From contig JBLMXM010000139.1 in assembly GCA_050257775.1 (NCBI GenBank), positions 1-43,158 on the forward strand: a stretch of DNA of 43,158 bases, in the 5' to 3' direction. The translations under genes were made by a program, and so were the position numbers. Source of the DNA: Hyphomicrobiales bacterium (GTDB taxonomy: Bacteria > Desulfobacterota > Desulfobacteria > Desulfobacterales > SpSt-501). Shown piece by piece: positions 42,722 to 43,158 of this stretch. Position 1 is the first letter of the stretch. The number at the start of each line of letters is the position of its first letter. Under the pieces are notes generated by a model. That model had not been told where the DNA came from and searched no databases. It saw only the letters and a program-made list of their open reading frames with translations.

Positions 42722-43158
42722 TCAGCTCTCCACCCGGTACCGGAAATCGCAATGAGGCGCCCCCTCCATTATAGTCTGCGTGCGCGTCAACCGAATCCGT
42801 GGGTTGAAACCTTCGATCAGGGTAAAATCCCGTGAACAGGACAGGACCGGGCCCAGCCGGAGGATGCCCATTTCACGATACATCTCGGCGTAGCGGCAAC
42901 GGATCACGTTGAACGCGAAGACCTTCTCCCCCTCTTCGACCACCTCGATCTCGAGGGCCTTGTCCCGGGTCCAGTGGTCGAGAGACTTACGGAAATGAGC
43001 CATTGAATTGCCGCCCATGACCTGAACCAGTTCCGCTCCCTGGCGGCGTGCGATCGCCACGATCGTCTTGCGGATCACTTGCAGAACCCGCTCCTCTCCG
43101 AATTCCGTTTCCAGGGCCGCCACTAAAGGCGCCAGCAGACGCGCTTCGACTTCGCGCC
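42722..43158 (-). CDS. ATC-hydrolase-family (L-2-amino-thiazoline-4-carboxylate hydrolase-like) protein, 5' end outside the window
   Basis: The C-terminal pattern FNVIRCRYAEMYREMG...GPVLSCSRDFTLIEGFNPRIRLTRTQTIMEGAPHCDFRY fits that family. The frame stays open to the window edge (…REVEARLLAPLVAALETEF), so the GTG at 43123 is probably internal. Confidence 0.6.
   Translation of the reverse strand, partial: REVEARLLAPLVAALETEFGEERVLQVIRKTIVAIARRQGAELVQVMGGNSMAHFRKSLDHWTRDKALEIEVVEEGEKVFAFNVIRCRYAEMYREMGILRLGPVLSCSRDFTLIEGFNPRIRLTRTQTIMEGAPHCDFRYRVES

Overview
GC-rich bacterial chromosomal window with dense, mostly overlapping or coupled genes. The gene content (tungsten AOR, four-subunit 2-oxoacid:ferredoxin oxidoreductases, sigma-54 regulators) suggests an anaerobe, possibly Desulfobacterota-like; that taxonomic guess is inference only. 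No rRNA, tRNA, CRISPR or transposase genes were seen. Layout: (1) 31-6573, minus strand: a metal-stress module with ZraS/ZraR-like two-component genes, a near-consensus sigma-54 promoter, a ZraP/CpxP-like periplasmic protein, a YHS protein, a SHOCT protein and a Tat multicopper oxidase. (2) 6677-8417: an MFS transporter and a ChrB-C protein. (3) 8751-13443, plus strand: FAD oxidoreductase, a small ORF, OFOR paralog 1 (gamma-alpha-beta-delta) and a VOC/epimerase-like protein. (4) 13667-20279: a GAF sigma-54 activator, then palindromic upstream sites, a sigma-54-like promoter and an unusual 4-gene operon. That operon encodes an SdhA/FrdA-like flavoprotein, a 3-TM anchor, an SdhB-type Fe-S protein fused in frame to a Rieske domain, and a cytochrome b fused to a cytochrome c domain. 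(5) 20379-27344: a PHP/DUF3604-like protein, a two-subunit class I fumarase-type hydro-lyase and a TctBAC transporter. (6) 27407-43158, minus strand: about 15 kb of genes in one direction, comprising a partial ATC-hydrolase-like gene, MoaD-like protein, AOR, Liv-type ABC transporter, type III CoA-transferase, OFOR paralog 2 (alpha-beta-gamma-delta), GntR regulator, B12 acyl-CoA mutase and MeaB. The two strongest second-look items are the complex-II/complex-III hybrid operon and a 223-225 nt structured repeat. The repeat occurs three times inside operon spacers and shows compensatory base changes. Many long antisense ORFs in the track are GC-content artefacts.
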